From an uncultured cyanobacterium (lineage in GTDB: Bacteria > Cyanobacteriota > Cyanobacteriia > Cyanobacteriales > Nostocaceae), in the NCBI GenBank assembly GCA_963740315.1, contig CAVUDP010000002.1, positions 416,001 through 480,000 of the forward strand: a stretch of DNA of 64,000 nucleotides, read 5' to 3'. The stretch's first letter is position 1; each line of letters starts with the position of its first letter. Of this stretch, positions 10,327 through 21,509 are shown in pieces. The notes under the pieces were generated by a model, which saw only the letters and a program-made list of their open reading frames with translations, searched no databases and was not told where the DNA came from. Made by a program: the position numbers and the translations under genes.

Positions 10327-11118
10327 ATGAGTGCCGACCCACTTTTCTACGAAATATTCAAAGAAATACCGGAATTATTCTTTGAATTAATCGGTCAACC
10401 AGAAAAAGACCCAAGTATCTATAAATTTCTAGCACCAGAAATTAAGCAAAGAAGTTTTCGTTTAGATGGCTTGCTTTTGACTTCTGAAAACCATCCTAAC
10501 GAGCCAATTTATTTTGTAGAAGCTCATTCCTATAAAGATGATAATTTTTACAATCAACTTGCCGCCAAAATCATTCTTTACCTAACTCAATATCAACCAC
10601 CAAATCAAGATTGGTATGCGGTTGTTATCTATAACGCAAAAAGTAATGAAGGAAATTTTCCTGGATACTTGAATTTTTTACTACCACATCTACGTCGCTT
10701 TTATCTTGATGAATTAGCAACAACTCCCGAAGCCTTGCTCTCGGTGGGAGTGATGCGTTTAATTGTCGAGAATAAAAGCCAAGAGAAAACCGGAGAGTTG
10801 GCAAGAGTGTTAATGACTCAAGCTCAACAAGAGTTGACCAATACCACCTTGAAAGAAAAGGTTTTAGAATTTATAAAGGCAGTGGTGATTGACAAATTTG
10901 CAAGTTTAAGTATGGAGGAAATTGAAGCGATGCTAAATTTAGATTCTTTTAACAATTTGAAAACAAGTAGAGTTTATCAAGAAGCTAAAGAAGAAGGTAT
11001 TCTCAATCAAAAACTGGAGATGATTCCAATTTTATTAGATTTAGGGTTAACTATTGAGCAAGTTGCAGAACGTTTAAAGCTCGATATCGAAACGGTAAGG
11101 AAAAATACTCAACAATAA
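10327..11118 (+). CDS. Rpn/YhgA-like PD-(D/E)XK family protein (DUF2887-type)
   Basis: DPLFYEIF..PELFFELIG, EIKQRSFRLDGL, PIYFVE, EEIEAML, SRVYQEAKEEG, C-terminal LGLTIEQVAERLKL. Confidence 0.85.
   Translation: MSADPLFYEIFKEIPELFFELIGQPEKDPSIYKFLAPEIKQRSFRLDGLLLTSENHPNEPIYFVEAHSYKDDNFYNQLAAKIILYLTQYQPPNQDWYAVVIYNAKSNEGNFPGYLNFLLPHLRRFYLDELATTPEALLSVGVMRLIVENKSQEKTGELARVLMTQAQQELTNTTLKEKVLEFIKAVVIDKFASLSMEEIEAMLNLDSFNNLKTSRVYQEAKEEGILNQKLEMIPILLDLGLTIEQVAERLKLDIETVRKNTQQ
10930..11118 (+). CDS. Putative intragenic small protein (RpnS-like, 62 aa) from an internal start
   Basis: GGAGG at 10914-10918, in-frame ATG at 10930 (MLNLDSFNNLKTSRVYQEAKEEG...). Confidence 0.5.
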   Translation: MLNLDSFNNLKTSRVYQEAKEEGILNQKLEMIPILLDLGLTIEQVAERLKLDIETVRKNTQQ

Positions 11119-11159
11119 AACCAATTCTGATTACAGCTTTATCTAAGAAATTTGTTTAA

Positions 11160-11437
11160 CTCGTTAAGTGCCTCCGGGCTGGGAATGCATTTTGAAAGGC
11201 TCTGCCTTTAGTAGTCGATTGCATTTAATTTGATAGGTTCGTAGTAAGAGTTTTAACTCTCTTATCTGATGATTTGTTACCTTGCATGGAAGGGCATTGG
11301 TTCCCTAAATCTGGAGCGCTGAAGCGCTTACTACGAACCTTTTTAGCCGTCAAAACTTTTGAAATGCACTACTAAGAGCTTGATGGGAGGCAGAGCCTCG
11401 TGATGTGGGTTCCCAGCCTCCGGCTGGGAACCAGTCA
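11160..11437 (+). mobile_element. MITE-like repeat, copy 2, with a nested ~166-bp second element (11209-11374)
   Basis: Both halves align to 9991-10103; insert has imperfect ends TAGTAGT..TGCATTT/AAATGCACTACTA and inner GGTTCGTAGTAAG/CTTACTACGAACC. Confidence 0.7.
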
Positions 11438-11528
11438 CCCTACAAGTTTCTTAACAACCTACACATCAACCCCAAAAATTTGCTATGCTAAATAAAGCGT
11501 AGTCGTTATGAGTACATATAAAAATATT

Positions 11529-12896
11529 ATGACAAATCCAACAGTAGAAAATTTAGTAATTATCGGTTCTGGTCCTGCGGGTTACACTGCTGCTATTTAT
11601 GCGGGGCGTGCAAACCTCAAACCAGTTGTGTTTGAAGGGTTTGAAGCTGGGGGGCTACCGGGGGGACAGTTGATGACAACCACTGAGGTAGAGAATTTTC
11701 CCGGCTTTCCCGCAGGTGTTACTGGTCCGGAATTGATGGACAAAATGAAGGCACAGGCAGAACGCTGGGGAGCCGAGCTATATACTGAGGATGTGATTTC
11801 GGTCGATTTAAATCAACATCCCTTTACCGTGCGATCGCAAGAACGAGAATTTAAAACTAATAGTATTGTAATTGCAACGGGTGCGACGGCGAAGCGTTTG
11901 GGTTTGCCCAGCGAGCAAGAATTTTGGAGTCGCGGCATTTCGGCTTGTGCAATTTGTGACGGTGCAACTCCGATATTTCACGGTGCGGAATTAGCTGTAA
12001 TTGGTGCTGGTGATTCGGCTGCGGAAGAGGCAATTTACCTAACTAAATACGGCGATACTGTGAATTTATTAGTTCGTGGCGATACAATGCGAGCTAGTAA
12101 AGCCATGCAAGACCGGGTTTTGAGCAATCCTAAAATTAAAGTGCATTGGAATACCGAATCTGTGGATGTATTCGGTGATGACAAACATATGGAAGGAATC
12201 AAAGTCCGTAATAATAAAACTCATGAGGAAAGCGAATTACACGTCAAGGGATTATTTTATGCGATCGGACATACTCCTAATACATCATTATTTAAAGGAC
12301 AGTTAGAACTTGATGATGTCGGTTACATTGTTACTAAAGGAAACTCAGTAGAAACCAGCATAGAAGGCGTATATGCTGTTGGTGACGTACAAGACCACGA
12401 ATTTCGTCAAGCAATCACCGCAGCGGGTTCTGGCTGCATGGGAGCGATGCTAGCGGAACGTTGGTTATCTTCCCAAGGATTAATTCAGGAATTCACTCAA
12501 AACCCCGAAAACAACGAGTTAAAACCCGAACAAGAACAAAAAACCACCGCCGATACCGAAGAAGATTTTGATATTAACAACACCCGTCATATAGGTGGTT
12601 ACGCCTTGAGAAAAATATTCCACGATGGCGATCGCCCTTTGATGGTGAAGTACGTTTCTCCCGGTTGCGGCCCTTGCCATACCCTCAAACCGATATTAAA
12701 TAAAGTAGTGGACGAATTTGACGGTAAAATTCACTTCGTAGAAATCGACATCGACAAAGATAGGGAAATTGCCCAACAAGCAAATGTCACCGGAACCCCT
12801 ACAGTACAAATTTTCAAAAATAAAGAATTGTTGAAAGAACTTAAAGGGGTGAAGCAGAAGAGTCAGTATCGCGAGTTGTTGGAAAGCACTCTTTAG
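11529..12896 (+). CDS. ntrC: NADPH-dependent thioredoxin reductase C (TrxB-thioredoxin fusion, NTRC)
   Basis: [26 protein letters not shown], plus C-terminal thioredoxin with CGPC; start may be 11508 or 11529. Not the nitrogen regulator NtrC. Confidence 0.93.
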   Translation: MTNPTVENLVIIGSGPAGYTAAIYAGRANLKPVVFEGFEAGGLPGGQLMTTTEVENFPGFPAGVTGPELMDKMKAQAERWGAELYTEDVISVDLNQHPFTVRSQEREFKTNSIVIATGATAKRLGLPSEQEFWSRGISACAICDGATPIFHGAELAVIGAGDSAAEEAIYLTKYGDTVNLLVRGDTMRASKAMQDRVLSNPKIKVHWNTESVDVFGDDKHMEGIKVRNNKTHEESELHVKGLFYAIGHTPNTSLFKGQLELDDVGYIVTKGNSVETSIEGVYAVGDVQDHEFRQAITAAGSGCMGAMLAERWLSSQGLIQEFTQNPENNELKPEQEQKTTADTEEDFDINNTRHIGGYALRKIFHDGDRPLMVKYVSPGCGPCHTLKPILNKVVDEFDGKIHFVEIDIDKDREIAQQANVTGTPTVQIFKNKELLKELKGVKQKSQYRELLESTL

Positions 12897-12941
12897 TTAA
12901 GGTTAAAGGTTAAAGGTTAAAGGTTAAGAGTTAGAGGTTAT
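12897..12941. repeat. STRR heptamer tract (TTAAAGG-type)
   Basis: ttaaggttaaaggttaaaggttaaaggttaagagttagaggtta. Confidence 0.85.
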
Positions 12942-12980
12942 ACCATTTAACCGAATTCTGGATACAAGCCGAAACACGGG

Positions 12981-13006
12981 GAGACGTTGCAGTGCAACGT
13001 CTCTAC
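12981..13006. repeat. GTAGAGACG..CGTCTCTAC REP-like palindrome
   Basis: GAGACGTTGCAGTGCAACGTCTC; relatives at 41761-41781, 43708-43735, 43875-43900. Confidence 0.75.
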
Positions 13007-13300
13007 ATTATTTATATGTTTCAACCAAAAAACTAGGTTTTTTTTAGCCCGCGTAGGCGGGCTTTGCATCTGTAGCCCCACCCTTCGAGGGTGCGGGCGT
13101 TTTGGGTTTGTGGGTAAATTTCCAATTCCCCATGCCCAATGCCCAATTTGTGTATTTATATCTTTGCTGGGAACTATATCATCTGTAAAAGTGGTCGGTG
13201 GTTGTGTAATTTAAAATATTAATTTTTGAGTTTTGAGTTGACAAAGTGACGCTGATAACTTAAAACTCATTACTCATAACACCTAACTAAAAATTAACCT

Positions 13301-14188
13301 ATGACCGTTGCTAAAGGTTTCCTGCCGAGATTTTTACCTTTCATTAATAGAAAACCTACCCTTTCTCAACGATTAATGTTGGTTGGGTTAACCATTACTT
13401 TGGTATTTATTTTTCTCGCTTTGTTTTCTCCCTTACTTCAAGCTTTGGGATTGCTGCAAGATCCGACTGAGTTTCTCGATAACCCAATTCATACGCCACC
13501 TTCATTAAAACACTGGTTTGGTACCAGCCGTTTGGGCTACGATATTTTTTCTCGGACTGTTTTTGGCGCTCAAGCAGCATTGCAGGTGGTAATAATTGCG
13601 ACTGCATTAAGTATGGTAGTTGGCGTGCCTTTGGGTATGTTGAGCGGCTATATTGGCGGTAGGTTGGATAAGGTTTTGCTATTTATCATGGATAGCATTT
13701 ATACCTTACCGGGGCTGTTGCTTTCTGTAACTTTGGCGTTTGTTGTAGGGCGCGGAATTATCAATGCGGCGCTGGCGATTAGTATTGCCTACGTTCCGCA
13801 ATATTACCGAGTTGTTCGCAACCATACGGTAAGCGTTAAAACCGAAGTTTTCGTAGAAGCAGCACAGGCGATCGGCGCTAATACTTGGCAGGTACTTTCG
13901 CGGTATTTATTTTTAAACGTAATTCAAAGCGTACCCGTATTATTTACTTTAAACGCCGCCGATGCAATCTTAGTTTTGGGCGGTTTGGGCTTTTTAGGAT
14001 TGGGGCTTCCCGAAGAAGTACCAGAATGGGGACACGATTTGAAACAAGCCTTAGCCGCCCTACCCACAGGGATTTGGTGGACTACCCTTTTCCCAGGTTT
14101 AGCGCTGACGACGATGGTAGTAGGGTTATCACTACTTGGTGAAGGCTTAAATGAGTTTGTCAATCCCCGTTTAAGGAAACGAAAATAG
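13301..14188 (+). CDS. Peptide/nickel ABC transporter permease (DppC/OppC family)
   Basis: HWFGTSRLGYDIFSR, EAA loop FVEAAQAIGA, LGFLGLG..PEWG. Confidence 0.9.
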   Translation: MTVAKGFLPRFLPFINRKPTLSQRLMLVGLTITLVFIFLALFSPLLQALGLLQDPTEFLDNPIHTPPSLKHWFGTSRLGYDIFSRTVFGAQAALQVVIIATALSMVVGVPLGMLSGYIGGRLDKVLLFIMDSIYTLPGLLLSVTLAFVVGRGIINAALAISIAYVPQYYRVVRNHTVSVKTEVFVEAAQAIGANTWQVLSRYLFLNVIQSVPVLFTLNAADAILVLGGLGFLGLGLPEEVPEWGHDLKQALAALPTGIWWTTLFPGLALTTMVVGLSLLGEGLNEFVNPRLRKRK

Positions 14189-14189
14189 G

Positions 14190-14673
14190 TCAAAGGTTAA
14201 AGGTTAAAGGTGAGGAGTTAGGAGTTAGGAGTTAGGAGTGAGGAGTTAGGAATTAGGAGTGCGAGCGTCTCGCTCGCTATCTAAATCTAACTTAGGAATT
14301 AGGAATTAGGAATTAGGAATTAGGAGTAGTGCGAGCGTCTCGCTCGCTATCTAAATCTAACTTAGGAATTAGGAATTAGGAATTAGGAATTAGGAATTAG
14401 AAGTAGTGCGAGCGTCTCGCTCGCTATCTAAATCTAACTTAGGAATTAGGAATTAGGAATTAGGAATTAGAAGTAGTGCGAGCGTCTCGCTCGCTATCTA
14501 AATCTAACTTAGGAATTAGGAATTAGGAATTAGGAATTAGAAGTAGTGCGAGCGTCTCGCTCGCTATCTAAATCTAACTACCCCCTCTACCCCCTCTCCC
14601 CCTCTCCCCCTCTCCCCCCTCTACCCCCTCTACCCCCTCTCCCCCTCTCCCCCTCTCCCCATCACCCATTCCC
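14190..14673. repeat. Composite tandem array: STRR tracts with five copies of a 35-bp palindrome-containing unit, then a C-rich octamer tract
   Basis: GCGAGCGTCTCGCTCGCTATCTAAATCTAAC starts at 14261, 14331, 14408, 14478, 14548, separated by (TTAGGAA)n; CCCCCTCT/ACCCCTCT octamers at 14581-14660. Confidence 0.95.
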
Positions 14674-14691
14674 AATATATATTTCAAGATT

Positions 14692-15231
14692 ATGGTAAAA
14701 GATAAAATTTCATTGATTGCTGCTGCCGCTGGTGGTTTTATGTTGTTTGTTGCTATATCTGGGATTTTACAGGGCGCACCTGTAATGGCTTTGCGATCGC
14801 AACATAGTTTTGATTCGACAAAAGTAGCGGATTTACGTTTGCAAGTTCATCCCGATGAACCAATTAACTATATGCAGCAAAGGTTTTCTTTTGATAATTC
14901 AATCGAACGGATAAAGCAAATTGACGGTGCATTAAATAGTTTTCGCGCTCTAAGTGAAAAAAGTAAAACTGTTTTGGGTAGTGAAGCTGTATCTGAAGTC
15001 GGAAATACCGATCGCGATATCCAAATAGGATTTAACAATTGGGTTGGATCGGTGGAAGGCACGTTGAGAAAGCAAGATTATCAAATCAAAAAGCTGGGAT
15101 ATCAACTAGCTCAGAAACAGTACGAAGATAAAGCGATTCCTCAAAGCGTATTAAATCAAAAACAAGCGGCTTATAACAAAGCTAAGAAAGAGTTTCAAAC
15201 TTTTGCCAAGTCTTTCACGGTTGCGGATTGA
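14692..15231 (+). CDS. Hypothetical protein with N-terminal signal/TM segment
   Basis: 179-aa ORF, hydrophobic N-terminus, helical C-terminus. Confidence 0.7.
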   Translation: MVKDKISLIAAAAGGFMLFVAISGILQGAPVMALRSQHSFDSTKVADLRLQVHPDEPINYMQQRFSFDNSIERIKQIDGALNSFRALSEKSKTVLGSEAVSEVGNTDRDIQIGFNNWVGSVEGTLRKQDYQIKKLGYQLAQKQYEDKAIPQSVLNQKQAAYNKAKKEFQTFAKSFTVAD

Positions 15232-15252
15232 ACGATGACAATATTGGATGGT

Positions 15253-15316
15253 GCGTTACGGCATTATTTAAATGGTAATTTTGAAAAAGATTTGCTCGTG
15301 CCGTAACACACCCTAC
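15253..15316. repeat. GTAGGGTG-type REP-like inverted repeat
   Basis: GTGCGTTACGGCA...TGCCGTAACACACCCTAC; relative at 59340-59371. Confidence 0.6.
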
Positions 15317-15332
15317 AACTGATAATTGAAAA

Positions 15333-16232
15333 GTGGTAACTCAAGTAATTGGTATCGATCTGGGAGGAACGGCGATAAAGTTAGGACGATTTACGTCTGA
15401 TGGTACTTGTTTAAACTCATTGACTGTGAATACCCCCCAACCAGCAACGCCGTCAGCGGTGGTAGCGGTTATTGTTGATGCAGTGTCCAAAGTCGATCCA
15501 GAAAAAAATGCTGTTGCGATCGGCGTGGGTACTCCCGGTCCTGCGGATGATAAAGGACGCATCGCCAAAATTGCGATCAATCTTCCTCAATGGCGGAATG
15601 TTCCTTTAGCCGATATTTTGTCAGCGAAAATCGGTAAACCCACAATTATCGATAATGACGCAAACTGCGCGGGTTTAGGAGAAGCTTGGTTGGGTGCAGG
15701 TCGTTTTTATAAAAATTTTATTTTACTAACTTTAGGAACTGGTGTCGGTGGAGCGATTTTTATTGACGGTAAGTTGTTTACGGGAAGTTTTGGATCTGCT
15801 GGAGAGTTGGGTTTAATCGGTTTAATTCCCGATGGTCCGCAATGTAAAAGTGGCAATCAAGGTTCTTTGGAACAGCATACCTCGGTAATTGCGATTCGCC
15901 GCCGCACTGGCAAAGAACCAGCGGAATTAGGTGCTTTAGCTGAAAGTGGAGATGCTCAAGCACTGAAGTTTTGGCAAGAATATGGTAAATACTTGGGAAT
16001 TGGAGTCACAAGTTTGATTTACGTACTAACGCCTGAAGCGGTTGTAATTGGAGGCGGCGTTAGTGCGAGTTTTGAATTTTTCTTACCATCAATGAAAGTA
16101 GAAATTGAGCGGCGAGTCATGCCCACATCTCGCGTAGATTTACAAATAATAAAGGCGCAATTGGGTAATAACGCGGGAATGTTAGGTGCTGCGAAATTGG
16201 CGATTGAGAAGATAATTGGGCATAGGGCATAG
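15333..16232 (+). CDS. ROK-family sugar kinase (glucokinase-like)
   Basis: IGIDLGGT, DNDANCAGLGE, LTLGTGVGG, GSAGELG, C-x-S-GNQGSLE, VIGGGVS. Confidence 0.9.
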   Translation: MVTQVIGIDLGGTAIKLGRFTSDGTCLNSLTVNTPQPATPSAVVAVIVDAVSKVDPEKNAVAIGVGTPGPADDKGRIAKIAINLPQWRNVPLADILSAKIGKPTIIDNDANCAGLGEAWLGAGRFYKNFILLTLGTGVGGAIFIDGKLFTGSFGSAGELGLIGLIPDGPQCKSGNQGSLEQHTSVIAIRRRTGKEPAELGALAESGDAQALKFWQEYGKYLGIGVTSLIYVLTPEAVVIGGGVSASFEFFLPSMKVEIERRVMPTSRVDLQIIKAQLGNNAGMLGAAKLAIEKIIGHRA

Positions 16233-16268
16233 GTCTGCATATTAAAGGTCAAAGGTTAAAATTCTAAT

Positions 16269-16385
16269 AACTCATAACTCATAACTCATAACTCATAATT
16301 CCTCACTCATAATTCCTCACTCATAATTCCTCACTCATAATCTTCAATCCAAAATCCAAAATCCAAAATTTAAAATCTAAAATCC
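16269..16385. repeat. STRR heptamer tracts (CTCATAA, AATCCAA) between convergent genes
   Basis: taactcataactcataactc..., aatccaaaatccaaaatccaaaat. Confidence 0.85.
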
Positions 16386-16393
16386 CATCACAG

Positions 16394-16822
16394 TTAGCTC
16401 TCAGATAAACAATATCCTGTTGTTTGATGAATGTAATTTAGAACTTTTTCATAGGATTCGGGATTGCTTGCGGGGTTGATAATTATGGGTATGCTGCTGT
16501 CGGGCAACCAAAAGGTTATCCTACCGTTTGGTTCGTGACAAAAGGATGAAATACATTTGAGATTGATGACGTATTCGTTTCTTTCGTAAGAAATGTTCAC
16601 CCAGTAGGTACCCTCAGATTCGGAATTGTTGACGCGATCGATGTATTCCAGAATTTTTTGGTAGTCTTCTTGGTTGTTGTGGGGGATAATCACAATAGGT
16701 ATGGCACTATTTGGCAACCAAAATGTCACCCGACCGTTTGGTTCGCAGCAGAAAGCTGTAACGCGCTCAAAATCAACTACATATTCTTTTTTTTCGTAGT
16801 AGATTTTTACCCAATACGCCAC
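16394..16822 (-). CDS. Hypothetical protein built of two ~68-aa internal repeats
   Basis: YWVxIxYExxEYV..FCxEPNGRxTFWLPxSxIPIxIxP..ExYxKxLxYI occurs twice. Confidence 0.8.
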   Translation of the reverse strand: MAYWVKIYYEKKEYVVDFERVTAFCCEPNGRVTFWLPNSAIPIVIIPHNNQEDYQKILEYIDRVNNSESEGTYWVNISYERNEYVINLKCISSFCHEPNGRITFWLPDSSIPIIINPASNPESYEKVLNYIHQTTGYCLSES

Positions 16823-16945
16823 AACTTCTCCTTAAGTCCAACATTTAGTTTGAACGACACATTTTAATACAGGTAATACAATGCTTAGTATTCAGAGTAT
16901 AAAGCCTTCACTGCCTTCTCGTTGTGGGTAAATACTCTGGAAAAT

Positions 16946-18625
<1,680 letters not shown>

Positions 18626-18668
18626 TCATTGTGCCACAGTGATGTTGAGAATATTGTGTAATATCGAC

Positions 18669-20441
18669 GTGAAACCACTGTTAGGATTAGTACTGTTAGC
18701 TTCGATCGCGACTCCCAACTTAGCTTGGGCACAAGAAGAATCCCTGAAAGTGGTTTATCCCCCGACAAACCACAAAACAACTTCGGATAAAATCTTTTTC
18801 ATTGGTACGGCTCCCACAACCGGACAAGTTTTGATAAATGGTAAACCAATTAATCGTTCCCAATCCGGTCATTTTGCACCTAGTCTTCCCCTACAAATAG
18901 GAGAGAACACGTTTACAATACGTTATCAAAACCAAGAAGTTCAGATTCAAGTAACCAGAACCAATGACCAACAAGAAGTACCCCTTGGGTTAGCCTTTGC
19001 TCCAGATTCTTTAATTCCACAAGTTGATATTGCTAGACTTCCAGGAGAACTTATATGTTTTAGCGCGATCGCACCTCCAAGCGCCACAGTATCTGTAAAA
19101 TTGGGTGAAAATAAACAAGTTCCTCTGCTGCTTCAACCACCACAAGCACAGTTGCCGAGTAATTTAGCGGCTTTAACAGGAACCAATCAACCCCAACAGG
19201 CTACGATCGGCGAATATTCTGGCTGTACCACAATCGAATCAGCCGCTGAAGCAAAACCAGCATATCAACTAACGCTCAACGGTAAAACTTTAACTCAAGA
19301 AGCCCCTGGAAAGATAAGCGTTCTACAACCAAGCAATTTGCCAGTTGTGGAAGTAAGTGCTGAGTTTGGTGTGGCTCGCACCGGACCTTCTACTAATTAT
19401 TCTAGACTAACGCCATTGCCGCGTGGTACCCGTTCGGCTGTAACCGGAAAAACTGGTGAATGGCTGCGTTTGGACTATGGCGCTTGGATTAAAAGTTCGG
19501 AAACTGTTTCTTTACCCAATGCGATCGTTCCCAGTACGATTATTCGTAGCGTTGCTTCAAGTCAATCGGAAACTGAAACTCAGGTAAGTTTTCCGCTGCA
19601 AACCCCCGTACCTGTAAGCATCAAGCAGGAGTCGGATAAATTTACTCTCACGCTGCACAATACCACTGCTCAAACGGACACCATTCCATTTAACGATAAT
19701 CCATTTATATCGCGCCTGGATTGGCAGCAAATACCTCCCTCCCCAGGAATAAATTCGGGGGCGGTGCAATATGTTTTTAATCTGAAGAAAAATCAACAGT
19801 GGGGATACAAGTTGGGATATGAAGGAACAACTTTAAAATTAAAGTTACGTCATCCTCCCCGCCTCGCTCGGAGCAGACGCAAACCTTTATCGGGAATCAA
19901 GATTTTATTAGATCCCGGACATGGTGGTGAAGAATCGGGAGCCATCGGACCAACGGGCTTACCAGAAAAAGATGTAAATTTAACTGTATCGAAGTTGCTG
20001 CGTGAAGAATTAGTCAAACGAGGCGCGACGGTGGTAATGACGCGAGAAGAAGATAAGTTCGTATCGTTGGGCGATCGACAAACGATAATTGCAAATGAAG
20101 AACCTACCTTAGCGCTATCGGTTCATTACAATGCTCTCCCCGATTACGGCGATGCGGAAAATACCAAGGGCATAGGAATGTTTTGGTATCATCCTCAAGC
20201 TCATAGTTTGGCAGTATATCTACATAATTATTTAGTTGAGAAGCTGGATAGACCTTCTTACGGTGTATTTTGGAACAACTTAGCGCTAACTCGTCCCGAA
20301 GCAGCACCGTCATTATTATTAGAGTTGGGTTTTATGAGTAATCCTCAAGAGTTTGAATGGGTAACAAATCCCAAAGAACAAAAAAAATTAGCGCGAACTC
20401 TTGCTGATGGAATTATTAAGTGGTTAAAAAATAATCGCTGA
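18669..20441 (+). CDS. N-acetylmuramoyl-L-alanine amidase (Amidase_3) with signal peptide
   Basis: ILLDPGHGG, EKDVNL, LSVHYNA, LLLELGFMSN; signal peptide from GTG 18669 (..LAWA/QEE). Confidence 0.9.
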   Translation: MKPLLGLVLLASIATPNLAWAQEESLKVVYPPTNHKTTSDKIFFIGTAPTTGQVLINGKPINRSQSGHFAPSLPLQIGENTFTIRYQNQEVQIQVTRTNDQQEVPLGLAFAPDSLIPQVDIARLPGELICFSAIAPPSATVSVKLGENKQVPLLLQPPQAQLPSNLAALTGTNQPQQATIGEYSGCTTIESAAEAKPAYQLTLNGKTLTQEAPGKISVLQPSNLPVVEVSAEFGVARTGPSTNYSRLTPLPRGTRSAVTGKTGEWLRLDYGAWIKSSETVSLPNAIVPSTIIRSVASSQSETETQVSFPLQTPVPVSIKQESDKFTLTLHNTTAQTDTIPFNDNPFISRLDWQQIPPSPGINSGAVQYVFNLKKNQQWGYKLGYEGTTLKLKLRHPPRLARSRRKPLSGIKILLDPGHGGEESGAIGPTGLPEKDVNLTVSKLLREELVKRGATVVMTREEDKFVSLGDRQTIIANEEPTLALSVHYNALPDYGDAENTKGIGMFWYHPQAHSLAVYLHNYLVEKLDRPSYGVFWNNLALTRPEAAPSLLLELGFMSNPQEFEWVTNPKEQKKLARTLADGIIKWLKNNR

Positions 20442-21509
20442 AATTCGATTGTACTTAAGAGCTAATAAATTATTAAAATTTTTTTTGGTACGGGCTTATA
20501 CTTAGTTCACTATGATAGTGTTAAAGCCTATACCAAAAATTAATATTTGGGATCTATTATTTCGGTTTTTTCTCAACTCCCGTATTTTGCTTAATGGTGT
20601 TCGTAGGTTGTCAAGAAAACATATTCTCAAACTCTCCGATAGTTTTTATTAGATAAATATCAATCAAGTATGAGCTTATTTATATTTTGACTTTATTTTT
20701 GATATTTCATACTTATTTTTATATCTATATGCAATCGGCAGTATAAGTCGCGAGGATTTCACTTAAGTATAGGCGGAAATACTATAAAAAGCTGGAAAAA
20801 CAAGCTTTATCGATTCGGAATAACCCGATTTTTTTACGCAGTATTACGGTAACTTTACAATTTCTTTACTATAAGGAATAGGTTCTATACGTTAACTTTA
20901 TAGTAATTGGTTTAAATTATTCCAAATGAAGTTATATTAAAGTTTGTTCGCAAAAAAATGAAGATATTGAAGGAAGCCGTTAAATCTTGATCTAAATTTG
21001 AATCGTTTTTCAAAAAAAATATTTTAGGTTTACACGCTTTGAGAGGATTGCCGAATCCAAATTTTAAGACAGCTATAGTTCCGCAGTTTTAAGTACGGTA
21101 TTAAACGTAAATACATTAGGGTGAAAGCTATGCAATATCAACAGCAAGTATCTACCGCAAAAATTGTCAGATTATGTATATGTAAAACAGGATGCTTTCT
21201 CTGTATCTTTAAATGCAAATACGATCGGGCTTGAATCAAGTAAATACTCGCCGTTATTGAATATTGCTTAACGCACTCCGTAAATTGAAAAATGCTAACG
21301 TTGTTTAAAATAAGTATCTATATCCGATCTGTTGGTTAATTAATGCGATTTCATACAGCATTAAAAAGGCTCGGATTATAACTTTGTTAAAGTCGCATTT
21401 TAATTGCGCTTGTTCCGTAATCTTAGTTGAGTTTCCCTAATTATTGGCGAACCTGGCTAGTCATTGATAGACACTTTATTTGAAACGTATTACTGCTGTT
21501 TGGATATAG

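Noticed and set aside
11508..12896. TrxB-thioredoxin fusion as a novelty
   Set aside because: This is the known NTRC architecture of plants and cyanobacteria
13168..13176. J-Box-like GGGAACTAT upstream of the ABC permease
   Set aside because: Several mismatches to GGGAATACT; too weak
12987..13214. 75-aa ORF
   Set aside because: Made of REP-like palindromes and STRR
14258..14580. CRISPR array
   Set aside because: Spacers are non-unique TTAGGAA heptamer runs and no cas genes are in the window; kept as a composite tandem repeat
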